DNA of 64,000 nucleotides, from the NCBI GenBank assembly GCA_963781885.1, contig CAWAHW010000004.1, positions 224,001 to 288,000 of the forward strand, read 5' to 3'. The notes beneath the pieces are model-generated. The model was given only the letters and a program-made list of their open reading frames with translations. It was not told where the DNA came from and searched no databases. The stretch comes from an uncultured Spirochaetota bacterium (GTDB lineage: Bacteria > Spirochaetota > Spirochaetia > SZUA-6 > Fen-1364). Of this stretch, positions 36,887 through 47,693 are shown piece after piece. The translations under genes were made by a program, and so were the position numbers. The number at the start of each line of letters is the position of its first letter. Within the stretch, counting starts at the first letter, position 1.

Positions 36887-38110
36887 ATGCTGGGATTCAC
36901 CCCGGAGCTCGCCATCCTCGGCGTCTCGGTCGTCTGCCATGGATTCGCCGTTCTGGAGTTTTTCCTCGCAGCACCTTCCCTCGGGCTCCCCCCGCAGTGG
37001 ACGTGGCAGTTTCTTTCCCTTGCCGGCGCGTCCTTCGCGGTCTCCGTCGCTGTCTGCCTGGCCGCGCGCAAGAGATACGCGTACCTCGCGCTCGTCGCCC
37101 AGCTCGCCTGCCTCCTCCTGATCGCGAGCCCCTCCCCCTCCCCGACGAGCATCGAAATCCTGCTCGGTGCCGTTCTGGTACTGGAGATCGCCTCGATCCT
37201 GCCGGCTCCGGCCCATGCCCTGGCGGGGGTGTTTGTCGTCTGTCTTCTCACCTTCATGCGCCGGCCAAGCCTTCTCTGGGGGCAGCAGACCGGAGGGAAA
37301 AGCCTGGGAGACCTTGTCCTCCTGGGCACCATGCTCTCCGTGATCCTCGTCACGGCCCTTCTCCTGCGGCGCGCGAGCTCGCGCCAGCGAGAGGCGGTGC
37401 GGGAGATTACGCACCTGGACGATGCCATCGATCGGATCGTGAACGTCAATGCCTCTTTCCAGGATGCCCTGGCGTCGATGGAATCGCAATCGAGCGCCCT
37501 GGAGCGAAAGAGGATTACGCGCGAGATACACGACATCGTCGGCTACACGCTCACCAACCAGCAGATGATGATCGAGGCCTCCCTTCTCCTCGCGGGTGGC
37601 AGCCCCGGTCGACTCACGGAGCTGCTCCTCATGGCAAAGGAGGGCGTCGCGGAGGGGCTCCAGGAGACGCGGAAGACCCTCTATGCGCTGCGATCGATCG
37701 GCGAGAGGGCGATACAGGACCTCAACCTGCTGCAGAAGGTGGCCACCACCTTCGAGCGCGTGACGGGAGTCCACGTCTCGATGGAGTTCACCAACATCAG
37801 GAACAGCTTCGACGAGCATACGCGCCTCACGCTCCATCGCCTGATCCAGGAAAGCCTCATCAATGCGCTCCGCCACGGCAAGGCCCGGAACGTGTCCGTC
37901 CATTTCTGGGAGGAGGACAACTGGATCAGCGTGACGATACAGGACGACGGGGTGGGCGCGCCGAACATCGAAGAGGGCATCGGGCTGAAAGGCATGCGGG
38001 AACGCGTCTCCACCCTCGGCGGGGAGCTCTTTGCAAGCAACGCGCCGGACGGTTTTCTCGTGCGCGTGCGTCTCCCCGCGGAAGCGCGTGAAAAGGAGAA
38101 CGCCGTATGA
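36887..38110 (+). CDS. Sensor histidine kinase (HisKA_3, NarX/DesK type)
   Basis: TM N-terminus; ERKRITREIHDIVG, QESLINALRHG, DDGVG and GIGLKGMRERV motifs. Confidence 0.93.
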   Translation: MLGFTPELAILGVSVVCHGFAVLEFFLAAPSLGLPPQWTWQFLSLAGASFAVSVAVCLAARKRYAYLALVAQLACLLLIASPSPSPTSIEILLGAVLVLEIASILPAPAHALAGVFVVCLLTFMRRPSLLWGQQTGGKSLGDLVLLGTMLSVILVTALLLRRASSRQREAVREITHLDDAIDRIVNVNASFQDALASMESQSSALERKRITREIHDIVGYTLTNQQMMIEASLLLAGGSPGRLTELLLMAKEGVAEGLQETRKTLYALRSIGERAIQDLNLLQKVATTFERVTGVHVSMEFTNIRNSFDEHTRLTLHRLIQESLINALRHGKARNVSVHFWEEDNWISVTIQDDGVGAPNIEEGIGLKGMRERVSTLGGELFASNAPDGFLVRVRLPAEAREKENAV

Positions 38111-38775
38111 GCAGGATCCGCGTGCTCCTGGCTGATGACCAGGTGCTTTTCGTGGAAAGCCTCCGCACGGTCATCGAGCAATCCGCGAAGGACATCGAGG
38201 TGGTGGGCGTTGCGCACAACGGGGAAGAGGCGGTGGCCGAGGTGGAGAAACACGCACCCGACGTCGTCATCATGGACGTCCGCATGCCGGTCATGGACGG
38301 CGTGCAGGCGACCTCGAGGATACTCTCCCGCAACCCCGCCGTCCGCATCATGATGCTCACGACGTTCGGCGATGACGAGTACGTGAAGCAGGCTCTCGAG
38401 CTGGGCGCCATGGGATATCTCCTGAAGGACATCCCGCCCGCGGACCTCGTCTCGGCCATCCACGCAGTCTATGGCGGGGCCTTCCTGATTGCCCCCCAGG
38501 TCGCAAAGACCCTGATCAACAGGGCCTTCCACGTCCAGGGGCAGCGAACGCCCGAGCCGGAGTGGATGAGCCAGCTTTCGCGGCGCGAGCGGGAGATCCT
38601 GGAAAAGGTGGCGGCCGGGATGTCGAACAAGGAGATCGCCTCCGAGCTCCACATCGCGGAGCAGACCGTGCGAAACCACATCAGCATCATCTACGACAAG
38701 ATGGGGGTCCCGGACCGGCTCCATGCCATGCGGATGGTTCGCGACGGCCTGAAAAGCGACAGTACGAAATCGTGA
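38107..38775 (+). CDS. NarL/LuxR-family response regulator
   Basis: LADDQ, MDVRMPVMDG and LSRRERE..GMSNKEIA HTH motifs. Confidence 0.95.
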   Translation: MSRIRVLLADDQVLFVESLRTVIEQSAKDIEVVGVAHNGEEAVAEVEKHAPDVVIMDVRMPVMDGVQATSRILSRNPAVRIMMLTTFGDDEYVKQALELGAMGYLLKDIPPADLVSAIHAVYGGAFLIAPQVAKTLINRAFHVQGQRTPEPEWMSQLSRREREILEKVAAGMSNKEIASELHIAEQTVRNHISIIYDKMGVPDRLHAMRMVRDGLKSDSTKS

Positions 38776-38856
38776 CAAATGTACCGCCTTGCGTCCATTG
38801 TGCCCGGTCACGGCGCGCCGTAGGCTTCCCGCAGCCTATCGTCAAGGAGGTTCCTT

Positions 38857-40128
38857 ATGATTCTTGCCAAACGAGCCAAGATCATGGTCCTGGTCCTGCT
38901 CGCGGCCGTGGCGATTTCCTCGGTGGCATCGGCACAGGCAAAGGTCCAGCTCACCCTGGGGTCCTGGCGCACGGATGACGTGGCGAACTGGAACACCATC
39001 CTCGCCGCGTTCAGCCAGAAATACCCCACCATCTCCATCAAGTTCGACCCGACCAATCCGCCCGACTACAATGCCACCCTGCGGCAGCAGTTCGAGGCCG
39101 GCATCGCCCCCGACCTCGCTTTTGCCCGCACCTACGACACGGGCATCAGCATGTTCAAGGACGGCTATTTTGCCGACGTCTCGGATCTGCCCGGCCTGAA
39201 GACCCAGTACGACGCAAACGCGCGGGCCCCCTGGGCGGACGAAAATGGAAAGTCGTTCGCCGTGCCGCTCGCCGCGGTGTCCCACGGCGTGTACTACAAC
39301 GTGGACATTTTCAAGAAATACAACATTGCCGTCCCGACCACGTGGGAGCAGTTCCTCGCGGTGTGCAAGAAGCTCCAGAGCGCCGGGGTCACCCCGATCG
39401 CGAACTCGCTCAAGGACCAGTGGGACGTCAACGAGGTATTCCTCATGAGCATCGCGCCGAACTTCATCGGCGGGCCGGACGGACGCAAGGCCTATGAAAA
39501 TGGGACGCGGAAGTTCAACGATGCACAGATCGTCGCGCTCTTCCAGGCCATGAAGGACTGCGCGCAGTACTGCCCGAAGGGCTTCGAAGCTCTCACCTAT
39601 AACGACTCCAGCTCCATATTCGCCACGGGACAGGCAGCGATGTACTTCGACGGGTCGTGGTCCATCACGAACTACAAGGACGTGCCGTTCGCATGGAGCG
39701 TTTTTGCGCCTCCTCCGCCCCAGGGAATGAAGCCCTACGTCTGCTTCCACATCGACGCCGGCCTCGCGATGAGCACAAAGACGAAATACCCCACCGAGGC
39801 ACGGACATTCCTCCAGTGGATCTATTCGGACGCGGCCGCGAGCACCATCGCCAACGGCCTGCCCACCGGCTTCTTCCCGATGGCGAAGAACGCCTCCAAG
39901 ATCAACGAGGTCCACGCCAACGCGTTCCTCCAGATGAACGTGGGCCGCGGAACGGACGTGCGCCTCACGTGGCCGAAGCTCATGACCTCCCCGTCCGGCG
40001 ACATCACCGGCTACAACCTGTTCGACCAGGCGACGATTTCTGTCATGACGGGAAAGATGACCCCCAAGGAGGCCGCTGACTCCGTCCAGACCGGTCTTGC
40101 CGTGTACTACCCGCCCCAGATGAAGTAA
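38857..40128 (+). CDS. Sugar ABC transporter substrate-binding protein
   Basis: Signal peptide; APDL, AVP..GVYYNVDIF, PTTWEQF and FATGQAAMYFDGSW motifs. Confidence 0.92.
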   Translation: MILAKRAKIMVLVLLAAVAISSVASAQAKVQLTLGSWRTDDVANWNTILAAFSQKYPTISIKFDPTNPPDYNATLRQQFEAGIAPDLAFARTYDTGISMFKDGYFADVSDLPGLKTQYDANARAPWADENGKSFAVPLAAVSHGVYYNVDIFKKYNIAVPTTWEQFLAVCKKLQSAGVTPIANSLKDQWDVNEVFLMSIAPNFIGGPDGRKAYENGTRKFNDAQIVALFQAMKDCAQYCPKGFEALTYNDSSSIFATGQAAMYFDGSWSITNYKDVPFAWSVFAPPPPQGMKPYVCFHIDAGLAMSTKTKYPTEARTFLQWIYSDAAASTIANGLPTGFFPMAKNASKINEVHANAFLQMNVGRGTDVRLTWPKLMTSPSGDITGYNLFDQATISVMTGKMTPKEAADSVQTGLAVYYPPQMK

Positions 40129-40151
40129 GGCAACTCGTCGATTCACAACGC

Positions 40152-40176
40152 GGTAGGGGGGCATTGCTCCCCTACC
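40152..40176 (+). terminator. Intercistronic stem-loop after the binding-protein gene
   Basis: GGTAGGGGGGC...GCTCCCCTACC stem; no U-tract, so possibly an mRNA-stabilising hairpin. Confidence 0.5.
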
Positions 40177-40207
40177 CATTCCGGGCAGAAGAAAGAGGAA
40201 GCCGGTC

Positions 40208-41188
40208 ATGCAGAGCGCACCAGCGGGTCGATTCCGATCGTACGGCGCAATCCGCGGAGTACCTCAGCTGGGGTGGATGCTCTACATTCTGCCGGCGCTC
40301 CTCGTCTACGTCGCGTTCATGGTTTACCCGGTCCTCAATTCCATGCGCCTGAGCTTCTATACGGGCTCCGGCTACCTGCTCACCAACTACGTCGGCTTCG
40401 ATAATTTCGTGAAATTGTTCAACGGGTCCGAGGCTTCGATCCGTTTCCTCAACGCCTTGAAGAATACCGGGATATTTTTTGCCATCCATATGCTGGTCCA
40501 GAATACTCTGGGGCTCCTCTTCGCGCTGCTCCTTTCGGGGCGCATCTTCCGCGGCCGCAGCATGTTCCGCACGATCATCTTCATCCCTGCCACGCTCTCC
40601 CCCCTGGTCACGGGCTACGTCTGGCAGCTCATCCTCAATCCCAACTGGGGGGCCCTGAACAAGTTTCTCACGGCAATCGGGCTGGGGTCCCTCGCGCTGC
40701 CCTGGTTGGGCAATACCAATACCGCGCTCCCGGTCGTCTCCCTCGTCTCCTCCTGGCAGTGGGTGGGCCTGCCCACGATGATTTTCCTCGCGGGTCTGGA
40801 CCGCATCTCGCGCGAGCTCTTCGAAGCGGCGGAGATAGACGGCGCCACGCACTGGCAGCTCGTCCGCCTTATCAAGCTGCCGCTCATCCTGCCGATCATC
40901 GGCATCGTTTCCATCCTCACCTTTGTCGGCAACTTCAACGCATTTGACGGCATCTATGCCCTGGAGGGCGCCGACGGGCAGCCCCTGTATTCCACCGACG
41001 TGATGGGCACATTCTTCTACAGAACAGGCATCGCGGGGCAGCACCCCGCCGGCATCCCCGATATGGGTCTGGGCGCCGCGGTCGCCACGCTCACCTTCAT
41101 CGTGCTGATCGTGGGGATACTCGTCGCCGGACGGCTCACCCAGGCGCGGGACGAATCGCTTTCAGGCAGAAGGATCGTGCGGCCATGA
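40208..41188 (+). CDS. Sugar ABC transporter permease (MalF-like)
   Basis: YVGFDNF and the ELFEAAEIDGA EAA motif. Confidence 0.93.
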   Translation: MQSAPAGRFRSYGAIRGVPQLGWMLYILPALLVYVAFMVYPVLNSMRLSFYTGSGYLLTNYVGFDNFVKLFNGSEASIRFLNALKNTGIFFAIHMLVQNTLGLLFALLLSGRIFRGRSMFRTIIFIPATLSPLVTGYVWQLILNPNWGALNKFLTAIGLGSLALPWLGNTNTALPVVSLVSSWQWVGLPTMIFLAGLDRISRELFEAAEIDGATHWQLVRLIKLPLILPIIGIVSILTFVGNFNAFDGIYALEGADGQPLYSTDVMGTFFYRTGIAGQHPAGIPDMGLGAAVATLTFIVLIVGILVAGRLTQARDESLSGRRIVRP

Positions 41189-42021
41189 AAAGCCTGTCGA
41201 TGCAGAAGCGCGGATTCGGCGTCGAGCACGTGGTCCTGTCCCTGTGGGCGGTCATCGTGCTGTTCCCCCTGTGGACCATGGTGGTGAACTCTTTCAAGTT
41301 CAAGAACGACATCATCCTCGATCCCTTCTGGCTGCCCCATCGCGTCAACTACGGCGGCTATCTCGCCGTTTTCAAGGACAGCCCGTTCCCGCTGTATTTC
41401 CTCAACAGCCTGATTGTCACCGTGATTTCCCTGGCCCTGATCATGCTCCTGGGCTCGCTCGCCGCATATGGCTGCGTCCGGTGGCGGGTGCGGGTTTCCC
41501 GCTGGATCTACCTGTTTTTCATCGCGGGGCTCACGGTGCCCATCAAGATTGGAAGCATCAATCTTCTCCTGATGATGAGAAACCTCCACCTGCTCGATAC
41601 GTACTGGAGCGTGATCCCGGTCTACGTCGCCGCGGGAATGCCCATTGCACTCCTCATTCTTTTCGAGTTTATCCGGAGCATCCCGCCGGAGCTCACGGAA
41701 GCAGCCGTCATGGACGGCGCCGGGTCCTGGAGGATATTCAGCTCGATCATCCTTCACCTCGTACGCCCCGCGCTTGCCACCGTGGCGATATTCAACCTCG
41801 TGCCCGTCTGGAACGACCTCTGGTTCCCCCTCATCTTCATCCGTGAGGACACGCAGAGGACCCTCATGCTCGGCGTCACGCGCCTCTGGGGCCAGTACTA
41901 CACGGACTGGGCGAAGATACTCGCCGTGCTTTCCCTGAGTTGCGTGCCGGTCCTCATCCTCTACCTGTCCATGGCAAAGCAGTTCATCTCCAGCCTGACG
42001 GCAGGCGCAGTAAAGGGGTGA
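41185..42021 (+). CDS. Sugar ABC transporter permease (MalG-like)
   Basis: YFLNSL, IPPELTEAAVMDGA, WNDLWFPL; ends GAVKG. Confidence 0.93.
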   Translation: MKSLSMQKRGFGVEHVVLSLWAVIVLFPLWTMVVNSFKFKNDIILDPFWLPHRVNYGGYLAVFKDSPFPLYFLNSLIVTVISLALIMLLGSLAAYGCVRWRVRVSRWIYLFFIAGLTVPIKIGSINLLLMMRNLHLLDTYWSVIPVYVAAGMPIALLILFEFIRSIPPELTEAAVMDGAGSWRIFSSIILHLVRPALATVAIFNLVPVWNDLWFPLIFIREDTQRTLMLGVTRLWGQYYTDWAKILAVLSLSCVPVLILYLSMAKQFISSLTAGAVKG

Positions 42022-42077
42022 AGGGATGCGGCCGCACCGAGGCGGCCGCGGGAATCGGGCGTCGTGGCGGTCGCCCG

Positions 42078-42527
42078 TCAATCCTTTAGCGGGAAATAGA
42101 TCTCCGTCACCAGGTCCTCGGGCTTCACGGACGCCGGGTCGTTCAGGTAGATCTCGTAGCACATGCCCTGCGGCTGCACCTTGCTCTTCTGCATGAATGC
42201 CGTCAGGGCGCCATAGGTCGCTTCGAACGTCTCATAGGGGCCCTTGTGCGTTGCCATGGCGGTTCGCCCGCCCGGGAGCGCACTCGGTTTCATCCGGCCG
42301 TCGGCGCGGACGGGACCCGCTACGGGAAACCCGATCTCTACGTCCAGGTCGTTCATGTCCATGTTGTAGTAGACCGCGAATGGCGATCCCGCCGGGCGGC
42401 TTCCCTGCTTTCCCAGGAGCACCGCAACCTCTCCGAACGCCGGGCCCAGTTCCTCCTTGAGCTTGGACTGAGGCGTCCTGAGCCGAATGCTCGCAGTCGG
42501 TTGCTCCTGTCGTGTCTTGATTTCCAT
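42078..42527 (-). CDS. GyrI-like small-molecule-binding protein
   Basis: PFAVYY..DVEIGFPV..LPGGR.A...HKGPY..YEIYLNDP..TEIYFPL. Confidence 0.9.
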   Translation of the reverse strand: MEIKTRQEQPTASIRLRTPQSKLKEELGPAFGEVAVLLGKQGSRPAGSPFAVYYNMDMNDLDVEIGFPVAGPVRADGRMKPSALPGGRTAMATHKGPYETFEATYGALTAFMQKSKVQPQGMCYEIYLNDPASVKPEDLVTEIYFPLKD

Positions 42528-42561
42528 TTGATCCTCCATGCACCCAGCATTGCAGGAGGTA

Positions 42562-42581
42562 TACGACAGCCCCCTGTCGTA
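42562..42581. promoter_or_regulatory. Palindrome TACGACAG-N4-CTGTCGTA, probable binding site of the WYL regulator
   Basis: Perfect 8-bp inverted repeat between the WYL gene stop and the gyrI-like start. Confidence 0.75.
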
Positions 42582-42582
42582 A

Positions 42583-43515
42583 TTACCGGTAGAGTTGCAG
42601 ATTTTTTTCGCAGATGTCCGCGATCTTGCGTCGCAGGCGATCCGGAGAGACCACCTCCACCCCGTCACCGTAGCTGAGGATCATTCCGTAGAGCCAGTTG
42701 TCCTCGGGAAAATCGATCGTGACCGTGATCCAGCCGTCCTCACCCACCACGATCTCTCCGAGCGTGAAGTAGTCTTCCACCAGAACGCGCAGCTCCGGCT
42801 GGAAGCGCAGGACAGCGGGCTCTCCGGTGGGCATGCGCGCCATCATGCCGTCCAGGTATTCCTGCACGTCCAGCGGTCGGCGCCGAAACACCTCGGGGCA
42901 GAGCTGGGGATCCCTGATGCGCGACAGGCGGAAAAGCCTGAAGTCCTTGCGCGCGCGGCACCAGGCGAGCAGATACCAGGAGTACCACTTGAATGCGAGC
43001 GTGCAAGGCTCCACGACCCGCCGGGACTCCTCGAGCCGGGAATTGGTGTAGGTGAAAGAGACGCAGCGGTTTGTCTCAAGCGCGCGCTGGATCAGCGCCA
43101 TGTGGCTCCTTCGATGCGCCGAATAGCCCAGTGAGCGGAAATCGATGTACAACCGCTCCGCCCGGCTTTGAAGTTCATGGGGAGGGTGACGCGCACCGAG
43201 GCTGCGGATCTTGTCGGCCGTTTTTTCCACGCCGGGGTTCTCCAGCGAATCGGAGATTCCCTGCAATGCGGTGGTGATGAAGAAAAGATCGTCGAATGTC
43301 AGGAACTGTCGGTCCAGGCGGAAGGTATCGAGGATCTTGTAACCTCCCGAAGGTCCATGGAGCGCGGTCACGGGGATGCCCGCTGCATTGATCGCATCCA
43401 CGTCGCGCTGGATCGTCCGCACGGCCACGCCGAATCGGTCGGCGAGGTCCGACGCGCTCACGAGGTCGCGGCTCAGGAGATGAACGACGATGGACAAGAG
43501 ACGGTCGATCTTCAT
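42583..43515 (-). CDS. YafY/PafC-type HTH-WYL-WCX transcriptional regulator
   Basis: MKIDRLLSI..LA.RFGVAVRTIQRD HTH; RVVEP..WYLLAWC..RKDFRLFRLSRI WYL domain. Confidence 0.94.
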   Translation of the reverse strand: MKIDRLLSIVVHLLSRDLVSASDLADRFGVAVRTIQRDVDAINAAGIPVTALHGPSGGYKILDTFRLDRQFLTFDDLFFITTALQGISDSLENPGVEKTADKIRSLGARHPPHELQSRAERLYIDFRSLGYSAHRRSHMALIQRALETNRCVSFTYTNSRLEESRRVVEPCTLAFKWYSWYLLAWCRARKDFRLFRLSRIRDPQLCPEVFRRRPLDVQEYLDGMMARMPTGEPAVLRFQPELRVLVEDYFTLGEIVVGEDGWITVTIDFPEDNWLYGMILSYGDGVEVVSPDRLRRKIADICEKNLQLYR

Positions 43516-43685
43516 GACTGGACACCGGGAGCATAGGCCGCGTGCAGGGTCAGGACAAGTGCGCCGACGGATGCACCACGACGGGATAGCCCAGGGCGAT
43601 CGCGGCCACGACCGACCGCGGAGTCAGGACAGAGAGAACGCCGCTGCAGGACGACGAAAAGCCCAATCTTCGTTATTTTAGGGCC

Positions 43686-44564
43686 ATGGGTGGCAGCAGC
43701 ATCGTGCTCTTCATCTCCATGTGCGTGATCTGGGGGATCCCGTACTTCCTGATCCGCATCGCCGTGGGCGAGATCTCGCCCGCCATGCTCGTCTTTGCCC
43801 GCACCGCGATAGGAGCACTGATCCTGATGCCCGTCGTCGTGGCCCGCGGCGGGCTCCGAGGGATCGGCAGGAAGCTGCTTCCGATACTCGCGTTCGCGGT
43901 GGCGGAAATCGGCATACCCTGGATCTGCCTGTCCAACGCTGAGCAGCACATCTCCAGCTCCCTGGCGGGCCTTCTCGTTTCCTGCGTCCCGCTGATCGGG
44001 ATCGCGATCGCGCCGCTTTTCGGCAACCGCGAGGAGATCGGCCCCGTGGGAATTGGCGGGCTGGTGCTGGGATTGATCGGGGTGGCGGCAATCGTCGGCC
44101 TCGATTTTCATGCCTCCGATGTCACGGCGCTCGTCGAGATGGCCCTTGTCGTCATCGGCTATGCCTTTGGACCCGCCATCGTGAGGCGCTACCTCTCCGG
44201 TGTGCCGTCGATGACCGTGAACGCGATTTCACTGGCCGCGTGCGCGATCGCCTATGCGCCGTTTGCGGCAACACACTGGCCCCATGCCGTGCCCACCGCC
44301 GATGTGCTCCTGTCCGTCGGCGTGCTGGCCGTCGTTTGCACGGCCGTGGCATTCCTGCTCTTCTTTGCGCTGATAGAAAGAATCGGTCCCGTGCGCGCCA
44401 CCGTGATCACGTACATCAACCCCGCGGTGGCGGCAGTCGTCGGCGTTTCCATCCTGCACGAATCATTCACACTCGGGATGGGAATCGGATTCGCGCTGGT
44501 CCTGGGCGGCTCGATCCTGGCAACCAGGAGAAAAAAGCCCGCGAAAGCACCCGATGCGGCCTGA
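43686..44564 (+). CDS. EamA/DMT-family transporter
   Basis: IWGIPY.LIRIAV and IGPVRATVITYINPAVA motifs; about 10 TM helices. Confidence 0.92.
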   Translation: MGGSSIVLFISMCVIWGIPYFLIRIAVGEISPAMLVFARTAIGALILMPVVVARGGLRGIGRKLLPILAFAVAEIGIPWICLSNAEQHISSSLAGLLVSCVPLIGIAIAPLFGNREEIGPVGIGGLVLGLIGVAAIVGLDFHASDVTALVEMALVVIGYAFGPAIVRRYLSGVPSMTVNAISLAACAIAYAPFAATHWPHAVPTADVLLSVGVLAVVCTAVAFLLFFALIERIGPVRATVITYINPAVAAVVGVSILHESFTLGMGIGFALVLGGSILATRRKKPAKAPDAA

Positions 44565-44588
44565 CCGGTGCGCGCTCTCCTATCGCCG

Positions 44589-45711
44589 ATGACGCCCGCG
44601 GATATCGCGCGCCGGAGACTGCGCAATCAACTCCTCGAGGGCACGCCGATCGAGGCGCCATGCGACGTGGTGCGCCTCCTGGGCGCGGTCCAGGCACAGG
44701 ATTTCCCTGCGGCAAAATGGGCCGTCGCCCAGCGTGCCACCCACGCCACCGGCGCCGACGTCGACCGCGCATTCGGCCGGGGCGACCTGTTGCGCACGCA
44801 CGTTCTACGGCCCACCTGGCATTTCGTGACCCCGGCGGACATACGCTGGATGCTGCGGCTGACGTCCAGCCGCATCAACAGGCTCACCCGCCCCTATCAC
44901 CGCAACCTCGAGCTGGACGATGCGCTGCTGGCAAAGAACCGACCGCATTCTTGCCCGGGCGCTGCGCGGCGGCGCCCAGATCACGCGAGCAGAGATTGCC
45001 GCCGTTCTCCAAAGGGGCGGGGTCGCGGTCGGTTCTCCCGTGCGCCTTGCGCACATCCTGCTCAGAGCGGAGCTGGATGCCGTGATCTGCAGCGGTGCGC
45101 CGCGCGGCAAGCAGCAGACCTACGCGCTGCTGGACGACCGGGCGCCCCCGGAAACCGTCACGCGGCGCGAAGAATCGCGCGCCGAGCTTGCCCGCCGCTA
45201 CTTCAGCAGCCGCGGCCCGGCGACGCTCAAGGATTTCGCCTGGTGGTCGGGCCTGTCGGCGATGGATGCGGCGGCGGCGCTCGAAGACGCGAAATCCGCC
45301 CTTGCAAGCGACAGCATGGGCGCGCAGGTGTTCTGGCTCGCCCCGGCTTCCGTCGCGCCCCGCGCCCGTCGACATTCCGTACATCTCCTGCCGAACTACG
45401 ACGAGTACATCATCGCCTATGCGGATCGCAGCGCCGCCATCGACGCATCGATCGTGCGGAAGGTGGACGAACGCAACAACATTCTTTTCAACCATGCCAT
45501 CATCGTGAATGGCGTCATCCGCGGCGTCTGGAAAAGAATTGAGAAGGGCCGCGCAATCAGTCTGGACCTGCAACTCTTCGCACCGCTCTCGACGGATGAA
45601 GAGAAGGCACTATTCAAAGCTGCCGGGCGGTATGGGGACTTTCTCCAGCTTCCCCTCGATGTCGCGATACGGCAGGCAAGAGGCAGAAGGGCCTCCCGCG
45701 GGCCCGCGTAG
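44589..45711 (+). CDS. HTH_42 (AlkZ/YcaQ) DNA glycosylase-like protein, frameshift near 44937
   Basis: GAVQAQD (QxQ) and RTHVLRPTWHFV, then in the +1 frame GPATLKDFAWWSGL and LLPNYDEY. Confidence 0.85.
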
Positions 45712-45719
45712 CTGCCCGA

Positions 45720-47564
45720 CTACCTGCCGGGTGTCTGGTTCTCACGCCGACTGTAGATGCGATCCTGTGCGAGCAGGATCGTCTTGCGAAGCCGTATGGA
45801 CTTGGGCGTGACCTCCACCATCTCGTCGTCTCGGATGTATTGTATCGCCCGCTCGAGGGTCAACGGCTGTATCGGGGTAAGAGTGAGTGCTTCGTCCTTG
45901 TTGACCGAGCGCATGTTGGAGAGCTTCTTCTCCTTGCAGGGATTCACGTTCATCTCCGAGTCGAGGTTGTGCTCGCCGACGATCATGCCTTCATACACGC
46001 GGTCGCCGGGAACGACGAAGAGACGGCCGCGCGGCTCCAGGTGATAGAGACCGTAGATGACGGCATTCCCGCTGCGGTCGGACACCATGGAGCCGGTGAA
46101 GCGATCGATGAAATCGCCGCGGTATTCCTCGTAGCCCGACAGGTACGAGTTCATGATGCCGGTCCCCTTCGTGTCGGTGAGGAAAAGATCGCGATAGCCG
46201 ATGAGCGCGCGCGAGGGGACCGAGAACTCCAGGTGGGCGCGCGCCCCTTCGTGGATGGTGTAGGCGAGCATGCGGCCCTTGCGCGCGGACAGCTTTTCCG
46301 TGACGACGCCGACGAAGGCCTCGTTGCAGTCAACGAACAGGTGCTCGACGGGCTCGAGCTTCTTTCCGTTCTCGAACTTGAAGATGACCTCGGGCCGGCT
46401 CACGCAGACCTCGAAATCCTCCCGCCGCAGCATTTCGATGAGGATGACGAGCTGGAACTCCCCCCTGCCCTTCACGATGTACCCGCCGCCGCCTTTCACC
46501 TCCTCAACCTGGATGGAGACATTGTTGAGCGTCTCCTTGCGGAGGCGCTCGAAGAGCCTCCCGGACTGCACGTTCCTTCCCTCAAGGCCGGAAAGCGGCG
46601 AGGTGTTCACGTAGAAGTGCATGGAGACAGTGGGCTCGTCGATGATGATGCGTTTGAGCGCCTTCGGGAACTCCCGGTTGCAGATCGTGTCGCCGATGTG
46701 CACGTTCTCGATTCCGGACAGGACGACGATGTCGCCCGGCTCCGCGCTGTCCGCCTCCACGAGCTTCGCACCCGCGTAGGTGTACAGCTTTGTCACGCTG
46801 AGGTCTTCCCGCACGCCGCCCTCACCGATGCAGACGAGGCCGTCCTTGGAATGCGCCCGCCCGTTGATCACCTTGCCGATTGCCTGCCGGCCGAAATAGT
46901 CGGAATAGGCAAGATCGGAGACGAGCATCTGGAACGGCTCATCCGTCGTGTAGCGGGGCGCGGGGATTTCCCGGACGATGGCGTCCAGGAGGGGGTGAAG
47001 GTTCGTGCTGTCGCCGTCCAGCGTGTCCCGCGCGATGCCCGCCTTGCCGATGGCGTACAGGAGCGGGAACTCCAGCTGCTCCTCGGTGACGCCCAGGTCG
47101 ATAAACAGGTCGTAGATCTGGTTGAGCACCTCGGCGGGCCGCGCATCGGGCCGGTCGATCTTGTTGATGAGCACGATGATCGCCAGGTGTCCGGCAAGGG
47201 CCTTGCCGAGCACGAAGCGCGTCTGCGGCAGGGGGCCTTCCGACGCATCGACCAGGAGCACCGCGCCGTCCACCATGGAAAGGGCCCGCTCGACCTCGCC
47301 GCCGAAATCGGCGTGTCCCGGGGTGTCCAGGATGTTGATCTTCACGCCTTTCCAGACCACCGCGCAGTTCTTCGCGGCGATGGTGATCCCCCGCTCCCGC
47401 TCGATGTCCATGCTGTCCATGAGACGCTCCTGCGTCTCCTGGCCCTCGCGGAAGACGCCGGATTGCTTGAACATGGCATCCACGAGCGTGGTCTTGCCGT
47501 GGTCGACATGCGCAATGATCGCGATGTTGCGGATCGCGGGGTTCGAAGCATCTCTATGGGTCAC
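45720..47564 (-). CDS. typA: Translational GTPase TypA/BipA
   Basis: [41 protein letters not shown] and [15 protein letters not shown] motifs. Confidence 0.97.
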   Translation of the reverse strand: MTHRDASNPAIRNIAIIAHVDHGKTTLVDAMFKQSGVFREGQETQERLMDSMDIERERGITIAAKNCAVVWKGVKINILDTPGHADFGGEVERALSMVDGAVLLVDASEGPLPQTRFVLGKALAGHLAIIVLINKIDRPDARPAEVLNQIYDLFIDLGVTEEQLEFPLLYAIGKAGIARDTLDGDSTNLHPLLDAIVREIPAPRYTTDEPFQMLVSDLAYSDYFGRQAIGKVINGRAHSKDGLVCIGEGGVREDLSVTKLYTYAGAKLVEADSAEPGDIVVLSGIENVHIGDTICNREFPKALKRIIIDEPTVSMHFYVNTSPLSGLEGRNVQSGRLFERLRKETLNNVSIQVEEVKGGGGYIVKGRGEFQLVILIEMLRREDFEVCVSRPEVIFKFENGKKLEPVEHLFVDCNEAFVGVVTEKLSARKGRMLAYTIHEGARAHLEFSVPSRALIGYRDLFLTDTKGTGIMNSYLSGYEEYRGDFIDRFTGSMVSDRSGNAVIYGLYHLEPRGRLFVVPGDRVYEGMIVGEHNLDSEMNVNPCKEKKLSNMRSVNKDEALTLTPIQPLTLERAIQYIRDDEMVEVTPKSIRLRKTILLAQDRIYSRRENQTPGR

Positions 47565-47693
47565 GTTGCGTCCTGACTTGCCTGCGTGCGGCGAAAGATA
47601 GGCCATCCTAACGGATTCCTTTGAACGAGTCTGCGCCCCGCGGTGCTGCGGCGGGGCGGGACATCACGGAAAAACAGTCGAGACCGGACGACG

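Noticed and set aside
45840-47576. Long antisense and alternative-frame ORFs (e.g. 578 aa opposite typA, 23770-25146, 38842-40209, 57210-58496)
   Set aside because: Shadow ORFs expected from high-GC codon bias; they have no motifs and overlap clearly identified genes.
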